Of a stretch of 64,000 nucleotides of DNA, positions 18,250-26,928 are shown one piece after another; the stretch's first letter is position 1; every line of letters begins with the position of its first letter. The stretch comes from a virus. Under the pieces are notes generated by a model that was given only the letters and a program-made list of their open reading frames with translations, did not search any database and was not told the origin of the DNA. The stretch covers positions 15,226 through 79,225 of the IMG/VR virus record IMGVR_UViG_3300042894_002769; one strand, 5' to 3'. Both the position numbers and the translations under genes were made by a program.

Positions 18250-18278
18250 ATGGTAAATAGTAATTGCCCGTATGTCAA
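18250..18278 (-). promoter_or_regulatory. Sigma70 promoter
   Basis: TTGACA-17nt-TACCAT. Confidence 0.6.
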
Positions 18279-18282
18279 TAAA

Positions 18283-19059
18283 TTATTCGATAGGTTCAGG
18301 CGCAGGCTCAAATGATTCGCCTTCCGCTACATCTGATAATTCTTTGGCAAATGAAGATATTTTTTCCATCACAGCTGCTACCGCAGGGTCGCTTAGATGG
18401 TTTGCAATGGGTTCGTATTTGATGCCAAAGTGACTGATAACTTCTTCCATTAGCGCGTCATCTAAGACTTGATTGTCCTGCATTGGAATTCTGATGTCAG
18501 AAGCCATGTAAGGCAATTGAATTTCTTGGCATGAAGCGACATAGGCAATTTGGTCATTTTTCACATAGCCAAGGATACCGCCATTTGTGTTACCTGTTGT
18601 GACATCGTAATGTAGTATCGCATGGACATCGTAGAATTTAATCACAGCAGTGTCGGTTGGGTAAGTTTGGACTTTGAGAATTGACTTTTTACGATTACTC
18701 ACACGGTAAAGCGCATCTTCGGATACTTCGTGGGTCTTATTGACCAAATTGTTGAATACGGGATAGAAGTAATTATTAGCATCTTCTAAGACATTGCTCA
18801 CAGAGAATAACTCACTGAAGTCGTCATCGTCGTCTTCAATTGGGGTCAGGGGTTGTTCCCATAGGAGCGAGCTGACCATACCACCTACTGCTGCGGCTGA
18901 GTGTTGGTTTAAGTTAGCTTTTTCGTCTTGAGCGAAAGCAGCTTGAAGGTCAGTGATGAATTTTTCAACGAGTGGGATTGCAACCGAGATTTCAAAGATA
19001 CCGCGTGATTCTAGGTCGTCTTGCAAGCGTTGTAGTTCAAATGCGTGGTGTGTTGTCAT
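18283..19059 (-). CDS. Hypothetical acidic protein
   Basis: 258-aa ORF. Confidence 0.7.
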   Translation of the reverse strand: MTTHHAFELQRLQDDLESRGIFEISVAIPLVEKFITDLQAAFAQDEKANLNQHSAAAVGGMVSSLLWEQPLTPIEDDDDDFSELFSVSNVLEDANNYFYPVFNNLVNKTHEVSEDALYRVSNRKKSILKVQTYPTDTAVIKFYDVHAILHYDVTTGNTNGGILGYVKNDQIAYVASCQEIQLPYMASDIRIPMQDNQVLDDALMEEVISHFGIKYEPIANHLSDPAVAAVMEKISSFAKELSDVAEGESFEPAPEPIE

Positions 19060-19403
19060 AGGTGATTATCATTTTCTAAAATTAAGGAAACCCAATTTTA
19101 AGGATTTGCTTGCTGAAAAGCAAGTTTTTTGGATTGGGGTGGGTGCATGGCATGAATAGGAAGGTGAATAGGAAATCGTGGCGTAGAGGGCGAGTTTGGT
19201 GGGTTGTAGGGTGGGGAATGAGTAGGAAGGTGTGGCTGAGGGGAGAGTTTGAAAATCATGATGACTGTGTGGAGCTGGGGATTGGATAGATATATAAAAT
19301 AGTTTCGACCTGTTTAGGGTAGGTTAAATTTACTATTTTCGTTAAAATTGACGTTTTTTTGCCGTTTTTTTCCTATCCGGTGGGGTAAAACCTTGCAAGC
19401 GAT

Positions 19404-19434
19404 AAAAAAAAAGCGCCTTTTGAGCGCTTTTTTT
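19404..19434. terminator. Bidirectional terminator ending the early operon
   Basis: A9-GCGC...GCGC-T7. Confidence 0.7.
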
Positions 19435-19456
19435 CCGAAAATTATTTTTTTTCGTG

Positions 19457-19676
19457 CTATTCGTAGCGGTCTACCGTTATTTTTTCGCCTTTAATAATGA
19501 TATAAAGCGTTCCGATATTAGAAAAAATGCAGCAATAAACGCGATACGCTCGCCCGTTGGTTAGCGCCTTATAAGGTGTCTTTAATTTTTTCCCATATCC
19601 TGACGCGGTTTGTTGTAGTCCGCGCGTGTGATACCACAAAGGCGCTTCAATGAATTCTAAGTTAACGGGTCGCATG
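19457..19676 (-). CDS. Conserved small early phage protein (start codon approximate)
   Basis: PLW...GL..TASGYG.KL.T.Y...GR..RVYCCIFSN.GTLYI. Confidence 0.7.
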
Positions 19677-19677
19677 T

Positions 19678-20193
19678 CTATTTTCTCCAGTGCATTGTGA
19701 TTAGTGCGGGCGTGTCTGTTAGCGTTCCAAGTATCTCGCACTCTTTCAAGTCGTGCGGCTCTGCTATCAATTCAACGCTAAACGGTTTCATCTGAGCGTT
19801 TTCCCATTGTGCAAGCGCTTGCGCCTCACCATCTGTTAAACCTGTAATATCTCCATTTTGTAGCGCTGCAAGGTATGGCGCGTGGATTGTTGCGCGTCGC
19901 GTGTGCCATTTTTTACAGTGCCTTCTTATCCATACTTTCAACGCTTCGACGCTCTTAAAATATACTCTGATTTCATGCGCTGGTTGTGTGAAGTTCTGAT
20001 AATGAAATAAATTGATAGTGTTCAGGCGTAAATGATTAATATCAAAATCAGTGAAGACTATAGGCGTGTTGTCATAACGTCCCGTGTTTATGCTGTAATC
20101 CTGACCATTTACACGAATTTTAAAACCGTGTAAGCTGTCAATTCTTTGCGCTCTGTCTCTGATTTTATACAATGCCAGTTGTTGCGGTTTCAT
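19678..20193 (-). CDS. Early hypothetical protein (C-terminal DUF6926-like)
   Basis: YL.AL.NGD.TGLTD.E motif. Confidence 0.6.
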   Translation of the reverse strand: MKPQQLALYKIRDRAQRIDSLHGFKIRVNGQDYSINTGRYDNTPIVFTDFDINHLRLNTINLFHYQNFTQPAHEIRVYFKSVEALKVWIRRHCKKWHTRRATIHAPYLAALQNGDITGLTDGEAQALAQWENAQMKPFSVELIAEPHDLKECEILGTLTDTPALITMHWRK

Positions 20194-20501
20194 AATATCG
20201 CGCTCCCGTAATCGATGGCGTAAAGTGGGCGCTCTGTCGCGCGTTCTTTGATAATAATATTGTATCCATCATCATCAATGCTACATCTTCCAGCGCTTGC
20301 GCTTGTTAAGTATCCTGACTCCCTAAAATGTTTCAATAGTTGGCGCGGTGTCCAGTCTAAACAATCAGCGCTAATTGTTCCGATTGTGTGCCAATTATTC
20401 CAGTCGTAGCCGTTGCGGTTATTTCCCCACGCATCAATTGATAATATTTTCAAATCATCAGGCGCGGGCGTTGGTGTTGGTGTCGTGTTAATTAATAGCA
20501 T
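20190..20501 (-). CDS. Early hypothetical protein
   Basis: LSIDAWGN...YDWNNW; likely start MLLINT behind GGAGG. Confidence 0.65.
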   Translation of the reverse strand: MLLINTTPTPTPAPDDLKILSIDAWGNNRNGYDWNNWHTIGTISADCLDWTPRQLLKHFRESGYLTSASAGRCSIDDDGYNIIIKERATERPLYAIDYGSAIL

Positions 20502-21087
20502 GATAAATGCCTCCTTTTGTATAGGTGTATTCATTTAAAATTAAATTTTCTTTAATGTTTTCTTCGCTTGTTTGGTTGTCGTGTTCGCGCTGTAATATCC
20601 GATATATGACGCGGTTTAGGTCAATCAATAAATCGTCAAAATCTTCACACTCTACCGCGTCGCCCGTTTTGCTGTTGCTACAATCTGCGCTTGTGCTTCG
20701 TTCGTGGGTGTAATTCCCTCGATGGGTTATCGTCGCCCGTAACCTGTAAAGGTGGCGCTTTTGGATTGCTTGCAAGCGCTTTGCAATGTCTAATAATTCC
20801 GACGTTGGGCGGTCTTGTTGTAGCGTTTTAAATGCGCCTTTATCATAGCTATAATTACCAGTGATGCACGCTCCTGACCCTTGGCAATGGCTCAAGTCAT
20901 ACATAATTTTAACGTCATAAAATCCCATAATTTCAAGCGCTGCCGTGATATCTTCTTCGATAAAGTCTAAAAAAGTCCATTCGTAGCGCTCGCGCTCTAC
21001 AATTCGCGCTTGTACTGCTGGTGATAAGTCTTTGAAAAAATAAACCGGAATCACTCCAGCGGGTGTCGCTGTTGTTTCGTGTGTCAT
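20488..21087 (-). CDS. Early hypothetical protein of a phage/MGE family
   Basis: F..LS..VQ...SQGSGA-like CQGSGA...HRGNY.HE...IYR.L..E.D..TSEE...NEY.Y. Confidence 0.7.
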   Translation of the reverse strand: MTHETTATPAGVIPVYFFKDLSPAVQARIVERERYEWTFLDFIEEDITAALEIMGFYDVKIMYDLSHCQGSGACITGNYSYDKGAFKTLQQDRPTSELLDIAKRLQAIQKRHLYRLRATITHRGNYTHERSTSADCSNSKTGDAVECEDFDDLLIDLNRVIYRILQREHDNQTSEENIKENLILNEYTYTKGGIYHAIN

Positions 21088-21089
21088 TG

Positions 21090-21788
21090 TTACGCTCCTA
21101 TCTTGCGTTTGATGATGCGGTGGTTGTAGTGCGGCTGGTTTGCTTGATAGTCCGCAAGGGTCGCGCGTGCGGCTGTCATTGTGTCATCAACGCTTGATAA
21201 TTCCCATTTTTTGCCATCATATAAACTTTCGATGTGATATTCAAATATAGGAATTTTGAGCGCTTGTTTTTGTGTGTCTGTGCCATTGTTCGCATAATAG
21301 GAAAGTATGCTCAAAAGGGCGTGCGGGTCGCGTATCTGGTCGCCTTTTGCGCCTTGTCGTAGCTTTGGTGTGATGTTCAGGCGCTGGGCGCTAAATGCTC
21401 TGTATTGTTCCGCGTGCGGCTTGATTTTCAAAAGGCTGTTGCCGTTTTTATCTACTCCATTAAAAAACGCGTCAAAATGTATAAAGCTGTCAGGTGTTGG
21501 CGCTTGTTCAGGCGCTGGCGCTGGTTCGTTTAACGCTCTGAAGTCGCGCGTGAAAAAATAACTTTGAGCGCTGTCGTTTGCGTATCCTGCAAGGTTAAAA
21601 CCTCGCAATTCTAAAATGTCACGGGCGTGATGGTCGCATGTCTGAAAGCTGTCATCATAGCTGAAAATTTCCGATACTTTGAAGCGAGTATCTGTAATTT
21701 TAAAGCGGGTAGGCTTGTGGTCGGTTGCTCCTATATAGTTCACAATAAACAATTGATGATTGATAGAGGATAATAATTTTTCTTTCAT
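21090..21788 (-). CDS. Early hypothetical protein
   Basis: YIGATDHKPTRFKITD motif; GGAG RBS. Confidence 0.7.
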   Translation of the reverse strand: MKEKLLSSINHQLFIVNYIGATDHKPTRFKITDTRFKVSEIFSYDDSFQTCDHHARDILELRGFNLAGYANDSAQSYFFTRDFRALNEPAPAPEQAPTPDSFIHFDAFFNGVDKNGNSLLKIKPHAEQYRAFSAQRLNITPKLRQGAKGDQIRDPHALLSILSYYANNGTDTQKQALKIPIFEYHIESLYDGKKWELSSVDDTMTAARATLADYQANQPHYNHRIIKRKIGA

Positions 21789-21897
21789 GGTGTTTTCTCC
21801 AGTGTTTAAAATTTAATTTTACCGTATCTTTTAACGCTAAAATGTCGCGCTAAAATAATGACAATAATCAAAACAATAATAATGCTTAAAATTGCCT

Positions 21898-22332
21898 TTA
21901 ATCCTCCCATTTTTGAATCTCCGATAATAATTGCATCAGGTCTCCGGATAAAGTGACGGCTTTAAAATCACCGTCCAATCGATAATATTTTTCAAGCGCT
22001 CCGCGTGCGTCCATAATATTTTGTACGGCTCTATTTTTCGCGGCTTGCCGATTTATAGCGCGGTCTAGTGTTTGAGCGTGCTTTCTTGTTGTCGTATCTC
22101 TAACGACGTATTGAGCAACAATAGCGCGTAATTCATCAGGCGTGGCGCTGGTATAAATTGCCTCATCGTTTTGTAGTGTAACGATGTATAAAACAAAGTC
22201 AGAAAAATGTAAAATGTCCATGGTTTGCGCTTCGCTGTCGTCTATAATTTCCACTCCCTGTGATACAGTCGCGCGTAAAGTAAAGCGCTGTATTTTTGCC
22301 GCGTTCGCGGCTCTTTCGTGTTCAGTTATCAT
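21898..22332 (-). CDS. Early hypothetical protein
   Basis: ORF with CCACCACCGGAGA leader. Confidence 0.65.
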   Translation of the reverse strand: MITEHERAANAAKIQRFTLRATVSQGVEIIDDSEAQTMDILHFSDFVLYIVTLQNDEAIYTSATPDELRAIVAQYVVRDTTTRKHAQTLDRAINRQAAKNRAVQNIMDARGALEKYYRLDGDFKAVTLSGDLMQLLSEIQKWED

Positions 22333-22386
22333 TTTTTTTCTCCGGTGGTGGTGGTTTGGCGCTGGTGGTGTCCAGCGCCTTTTGTT

Positions 22387-22596
22387 TTAAATAAATCTCA
22401 TTTTATAGAGTAGCGCATCCTGCAAGATAATTTGATTTTTGAATCCTGCCGCGGTCAATGCTTTGCTTGTTGCTAGCATCTCTGAGGTGGTCAAGTTTTT
22501 AAAGATAATCGAATACTCATCACTATTAAATGAAAGTACTCCAGCATTTTGCAGGTGGAGGCTGGTGTAAAGTTCTACTAATTGCGAGTAAGTCAT
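22387..22596 (-). CDS. Early hypothetical protein
   Basis: Same leader CAAACCACCACCACCGGAGA as the downstream gene. Confidence 0.6.
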   Translation of the reverse strand: MTYSQLVELYTSLHLQNAGVLSFNSDEYSIIFKNLTTSEMLATSKALTAAGFKNQIILQDALLYKMRFI

Positions 22597-22841
22597 GATT
22601 TTAATCTCCGGTGGTGGTGGTTTGTTGTTTGGGTTTCATTTACAGCGCGGTTAGTGTATCGCGTTTTTTAAAAAAGTTTTAAAAAAGTTTAAAAATATTT
22701 TTCTGTTTTTTCGTAACTTGTTGAATTATAACGATATTTATTTTTTTCAAAAATTTTAAAATAAACATTTTTCGGATTTTTTCCGCACTTGTTGCGGGTG
22801 TCATACTGGTAAGCGCTGCCGGTTATATCTCCACCTTGCAA

Positions 22842-22912
22842 GCTCTGCAGCTCTGCAGCTCTGCAGGTGTTCAGGTAGGTGTTCAGGTAGGTGTTCAGGT
22901 AGGTGTTCAGGT
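22842..22912. repeat. Tandem repeats (GCTCTGCA)x3 then (GGTGTTCAGGTA)x~4
   Basis: Read directly. Confidence 0.95.
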
Positions 22913-22924
22913 CTGCCGGAATTT

Positions 22925-23110
22925 TGACGCGTCAATTTTACAGCGCGTCAATTCTCTGGCATGTCAACTTTCTGACGCGTCAATTCTATGACGGTGTCAA
23001 TTTTCTGACGCGTCAATTCTATGACGGTGTCAATTTTCTGACGCGTCAATTTTGTGACGCGACAATTTTTTGACGCGTCAAATTTCAGGCGCGACAATTT
23101 TTTGACACTC
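22925..23110. repeat. Array of ~12 palindromic TGACGCGTCA-type units with 16-17 bp period
   Basis: Unit starts 22925, 22941, 22957, 22973, 22989, 23006, 23022, 23039, 23055, 23071, 23087, 23103. Confidence 0.92.
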
Positions 23111-23164
23111 CCTGCCGCCTGTGGAATTTATGCGAGCGAATCCGCAAGGGGATGCAATGGCAAT

Positions 23165-23202
23165 AAAAAAAAGCGCATGATAGATTTTACCCATCAATGC
23201 GC
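23165..23202 (-). terminator. Intrinsic terminator after the DnaN-like operon
   Basis: AGCGCAT.GATGG/CTATCATGCGCT stem plus T-run. Confidence 0.65.
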
Positions 23203-23279
23203 TGTCGTCTGTAAAATTAATTGCCTTGGTTAGCCTTTAGCATTAATTGCCTTGGTTAGCCTTCATGCCGTTAGCCTTC

Positions 23280-24317
23280 TTAGTGACGTTGCCCCATTGC
23301 AATATTGTACCCGTTAGCCTTCTCGATGACTGCACACATTTCGGTAAAAATAATTTCAACGTCGTTAGCCTTCTCGATTGTGAGTAAATCAATCAGATAG
23401 TTACATTCAAATCTACCTATAATTTGGATGCCCTTAGTATTATTGTCGTGGTTAGCCTTTACGCTAAACAGCGTTTTCTTTTCGTGGTCAGCTATGTCGT
23501 GAAATAGTAAATCGTTTCCATCCAGTATCACAGTCACACCTTTTGACTTATCCACTGATAATAAATTACTGAGGTTAGCCTTCAATCCTTTAAGCATTTC
23601 CTTTCTTTTAACTGTCACAGTGGTTAATTTATTATTGACATATTGCGCCATCAACCTGTCAAAGCTAGGATATTTAGAGTTGATTGGCGTTACATACAAG
23701 GCAAAGTCAACACCATTAAATTCAATAACGCTCAAATTACCTTCTTTTGTGTACCTGACGTAAACATCGACATCGGCATCAATAATGCTTAATATTTCGA
23801 CGGCATTCCTTGGTATGAGTACATCAATTAAATGTTTGCATGGAACATCAAGTTTATCTGTTACCAGTCTATAGCCGTCACTCACAGCGGTGTTGATAGA
23901 CTTATCTGTAAACGATACGAATTGACTGTTTAAGTAATACCTAACATCAGCTTTACCCATAACAGTCAGGTAGGCTTTGTTAAACAATTTTGCGGCATTT
24001 ACTTCACATATTTTAGCCGTCACAGGTGATTCGAGTATGAGCGACTCAAAGCGTTCTTTAAGTACATCCGCAAAAACTGTTGATACCGTTAAACTCGGAT
24101 AAACCGCATTTAAATCCTTACCGTGCATAAGCGCATCAACAAATGAAATTACTGACGGCTTAATGTTATTATTGTTCTCTGAAAAGTCATTGCGTACCAC
24201 TAAAGATACCTCAGGACTTGTTGCAAAAACGTGTGATTCTGTTAATAGTACACCGTCACCAAAAATATATTTTTTGCCAACTGATTTAATAAATTTACTG
24301 ATAATTTTAGATTTCAT
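23280..24317 (-). CDS. DnaN (beta sliding clamp)-like protein
   Basis: DVRYYLN...AVSDGYRL...LIPRNAV..L...YPSFDR, as in beta-clamp domains II/III. Confidence 0.75.
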   Translation of the reverse strand: MKSKIISKFIKSVGKKYIFGDGVLLTESHVFATSPEVSLVVRNDFSENNNNIKPSVISFVDALMHGKDLNAVYPSLTVSTVFADVLKERFESLILESPVTAKICEVNAAKLFNKAYLTVMGKADVRYYLNSQFVSFTDKSINTAVSDGYRLVTDKLDVPCKHLIDVLIPRNAVEILSIIDADVDVYVRYTKEGNLSVIEFNGVDFALYVTPINSKYPSFDRLMAQYVNNKLTTVTVKRKEMLKGLKANLSNLLSVDKSKGVTVILDGNDLLFHDIADHEKKTLFSVKANHDNNTKGIQIIGRFECNYLIDLLTIEKANDVEIIFTEMCAVIEKANGYNIAMGQRH

Positions 24318-24374
24318 TTTAATTCGCCCGTGATTTTAATTAGTGTTTACTTTATTTAACCATTTCGCTTTTAT

Positions 24375-24770
24375 TCAGCAAATAACTTTAACGATTTCGT
24401 AACCGTAATCATGCGCAATTTCAAGCAATGTTCGTTCAATTCTACCTTCGCTAATTGAACTAAATGCGCTAAATCCTGCATTTTGGACAGCTTCCTGAGC
24501 TGCGACATTGTGCTTATTGTATCCGCCACCGCTAGCCTTACCGTTGCCTTTTGAATAAATACCGTTTTCAAAATCGCCCAAGCCATAAGCGTGAAAGTCA
24601 GCATAGATTGTACTGGCAGAAGCACTGCGCCCACTATAGATACCCAGTTCCATAATGGTGCGAATTTCGTTATCAACTAACGCGACAACAACATACTTTT
24701 GCACGCATTCTTTATCAGAATGATTTTGAAAACGAGGTGATACTTTTGATACATCGAATTTAATAGCCAT
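24375..24770 (-). CDS. Hypothetical protein
   Basis: SKGNGKASGGGYNK...A.QEA..NAG motif; likely start MAIKF behind GGAG. Confidence 0.7.
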   Translation of the reverse strand: MAIKFDVSKVSPRFQNHSDKECVQKYVVVALVDNEIRTIMELGIYSGRSASASTIYADFHAYGLGDFENGIYSKGNGKASGGGYNKHNVAAQEAVQNAGFSAFSSISEGRIERTLLEIAHDYGYEIVKVIC

Positions 24771-24889
24771 GTTAATCTCCAAATAATGTGGTAAAGTGTA
24801 AGTAAGACAGCGTGTTTTCTCGCTGTTGCTGAGTAATATACCGACATTTTTAAAAAACAAAAGAAATTTTTAAAAATTTTTAAAATTTT

Positions 24890-25405
24890 TTAAATTTGAA
24901 AAACTAAAGATTCGTCAATTTCTAGGCTATCTTCTTGTTTTATAACGTCAATTAGTGATTTATGATAAGTAACTTTACCGTCGCGTCCTTTGCGCAATAG
25001 GTGCAATCCTTGCGCAGTCGCGTCGCCTTCAGCATCAGCAATGCCTAAATCACAAAGAAGGCTTTTTATCACATTGCTTTTAACACGGGTCTTAATGCGC
25101 AAGGTGGCGAAACTCACAAAGTCAGGTGATGGCGTGTAATCGACATTTTTATGAAATACGCTAGCCGGTTCTCGGTCTTCAGGCAGCGGTCTTCTGTCAG
25201 ATTTGTCGAAATTGGTACGCATTGCCCTGCTATTTCGCTTTTCACGTTGTTCGTTAGCCTTTTTAGCGTCAAGAAACTTCTGGCGCTTAGGTGACACCTT
25301 ATTGCTTGGGATTAGCCTTTTACCGGTTTTGTCAAAAACAGATTTGATTTCAGTCAACGGTTTGAGTTTATCGTATTCAGACATGCCGTTAGACCTCGCT
25401 TTCAA
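24890..25405 (-). CDS. Hypothetical basic protein (possible C-terminal DNA-binding domain)
   Basis: ORF in operon. Confidence 0.6.
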   Translation of the reverse strand: MKARSNGMSEYDKLKPLTEIKSVFDKTGKRLIPSNKVSPKRQKFLDAKKANEQREKRNSRAMRTNFDKSDRRPLPEDREPASVFHKNVDYTPSPDFVSFATLRIKTRVKSNVIKSLLCDLGIADAEGDATAQGLHLLRKGRDGKVTYHKSLIDVIKQEDSLEIDESLVFQI

Positions 25406-25991
25406 TATAATTGAGAACTATCACAGCAGCAAAGATTAACAATGACCATTTTCGATACCCGCTAATTGTCGCAATATACGGTGATGCGTTAGCCTTAGTT
25501 AGCCTTCTGGTTAAACCTTCGTTAACTATCTCAATTAACCCCATGTCACATAAATACTTATCGATGGTCGAGCGTTTCACGCCACCTAGCACCGACATTT
25601 CAAAGACACTCAGATAGCCTTCGTTAAAAGATGTCGTTAGCTGCTCTGCATAACTTTCGTCAATGTCAATGAAAAGTAAATACTTACTGATATAGGTATC
25701 AACAAAATGAACATCTATGTCAGTTGCTGTCGAATCGAGTTCCAGTAACACATTGCTCACAAGGTCTTTTCCATAACCAATTACTGAGATGATTGCAATA
25801 TCAACTGGGATTTCATAATTTTTAACAGCTCTGCGCCCAATGCTCTCAATAGTGTAATCAAGTTTTCTAATTAGCCTGTCACTGATTAGCCTTTTTAACA
25901 TAGCGTTGTAATCGGAACTGGTTAGCCTTTCTTTTTTATTAGCGTACTTATTGAACGCTTTAAGAAACGTAAATACGTTAGTTTTTTTCAT
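25389..25991 (-). CDS. Hypothetical protein (antirepressor-C-like tail)
   Basis: ORF behind a promoter; GVKRSTIDKYL.DMGLI...RLT pattern. Confidence 0.6.
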   Translation of the reverse strand: MKKTNVFTFLKAFNKYANKKERLTSSDYNAMLKRLISDRLIRKLDYTIESIGRRAVKNYEIPVDIAIISVIGYGKDLVSNVLLELDSTATDIDVHFVDTYISKYLLFIDIDESYAEQLTTSFNEGYLSVFEMSVLGGVKRSTIDKYLCDMGLIEIVNEGLTRRLTKANASPYIATISGYRKWSLLIFAAVIVLNYIESEV

Positions 25992-26033
25992 GTCGTTAGC
26001 CTTTAATGCAGTGAATAGAATCGACGCTCGCTA

Positions 26034-26062
26034 AGTGTATCACTACCAAAACAGTCAGTCAA
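26034..26062 (-). promoter_or_regulatory. Sigma70 promoter
   Basis: TTGACT-17nt-TACACT with upstream A/T tracts. Confidence 0.6.
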
Positions 26063-26219
26063 AAAAAAATCTCATGAATTTTGCACGAGTTTTAAAATTT
26101 TTTTGAAAAAAAAAATAAAAATAATTTTTCACCATCCGCACCCATTGCCGACGACCCCTAAAAAATCCGATTTTGTTGTAAAAATACCACTGATGTTTAG
26201 CCGTCTAAGTAGTATTTTG

Positions 26220-26670
26220 TCCGTAAGTATTTGATTTATATACATATTTTCAAAAATATTTCTTGCAAAATGAATAAAATCAATAGCTTGCCATGTTAAT
26301 ATATATGTTATATATAATATATATATTATATATATTTATATATAGTATATACTATATATAAATATATTTTTAATCGTTACACGATTTACCCCTATACACC
26401 CCGTTTTGCTCATCAGTACCTACCACAGATTAGCCCTTCCTGTCAAGCATTATTTTTACTCTATTTTCCACCTATCCGAAAAAAAAAACGACTACCCACT
26501 TTTTTAAGCACCACTTACCAATAGTGTACAGCTGGTCTACATATCATTTTGCCAATTCAAAAAAAGTCTGTGACGTTTTTTAATCGACCCTTTTTTAACC
26601 TATATTTCAATACGTTGCCACAAAGCCTAAATTTGCATTTTTAAAAACCCCCTTATAACTTATTGATTTA
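26220..26670. other. Putative replication origin: (AT)n unwinding element with IHF-consensus sites
   Basis: Nearly pure AT 26296-26372; WATCAANNNNTTR at 26224-26236(-), 26278-26290(+), 26656-26668(-); between divergent units and upstream of primase-helicase. Confidence 0.55.
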
Positions 26671-26784
26671 TAAAAACAACAAGTTTCCACTTCACCTCAA
26701 TTTTACCAGCTCTCTCATAAAAATTTTCTGATACCACCCACTATTTCCACCATCCCTACCGACCCCCATTTTTAAATTAAAAAG

Positions 26785-26813
26785 TTGCACACAACTTTCT
26801 ACAATGTTAAGCT
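26785..26813 (+). promoter_or_regulatory. Sigma70 promoter of replication arm
   Basis: TTGCAC-17nt-TAAGCT with extended TG. Confidence 0.55.
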
Positions 26814-26928
26814 CTTTATCGACCCTGTGAGCGATAATGTTCCGCCATGAACATCTCTACCTATTGAAATTTATCAATACATCGCTCTCAGCGGTCACTT
26901 TACTAATTTCAACAGGACAACCTTACTA

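Larger units (their letters stand above)
23229..26003 (-). repeat. Dispersed polarised motif AAGGCTAAC (GTTAGCCTT on +)
   Basis: Exact copies at 23229, 23255, 23270, 23313, 23364, 23451, 23574, 25253, 25488, 25498, 25921, 25995. Confidence 0.9.

Noticed and set aside
22925-23110. CRISPR array
   Set aside because: Units are 10-11 bp with 6-bp near-constant linkers; there are no unique spacers and no cas operon
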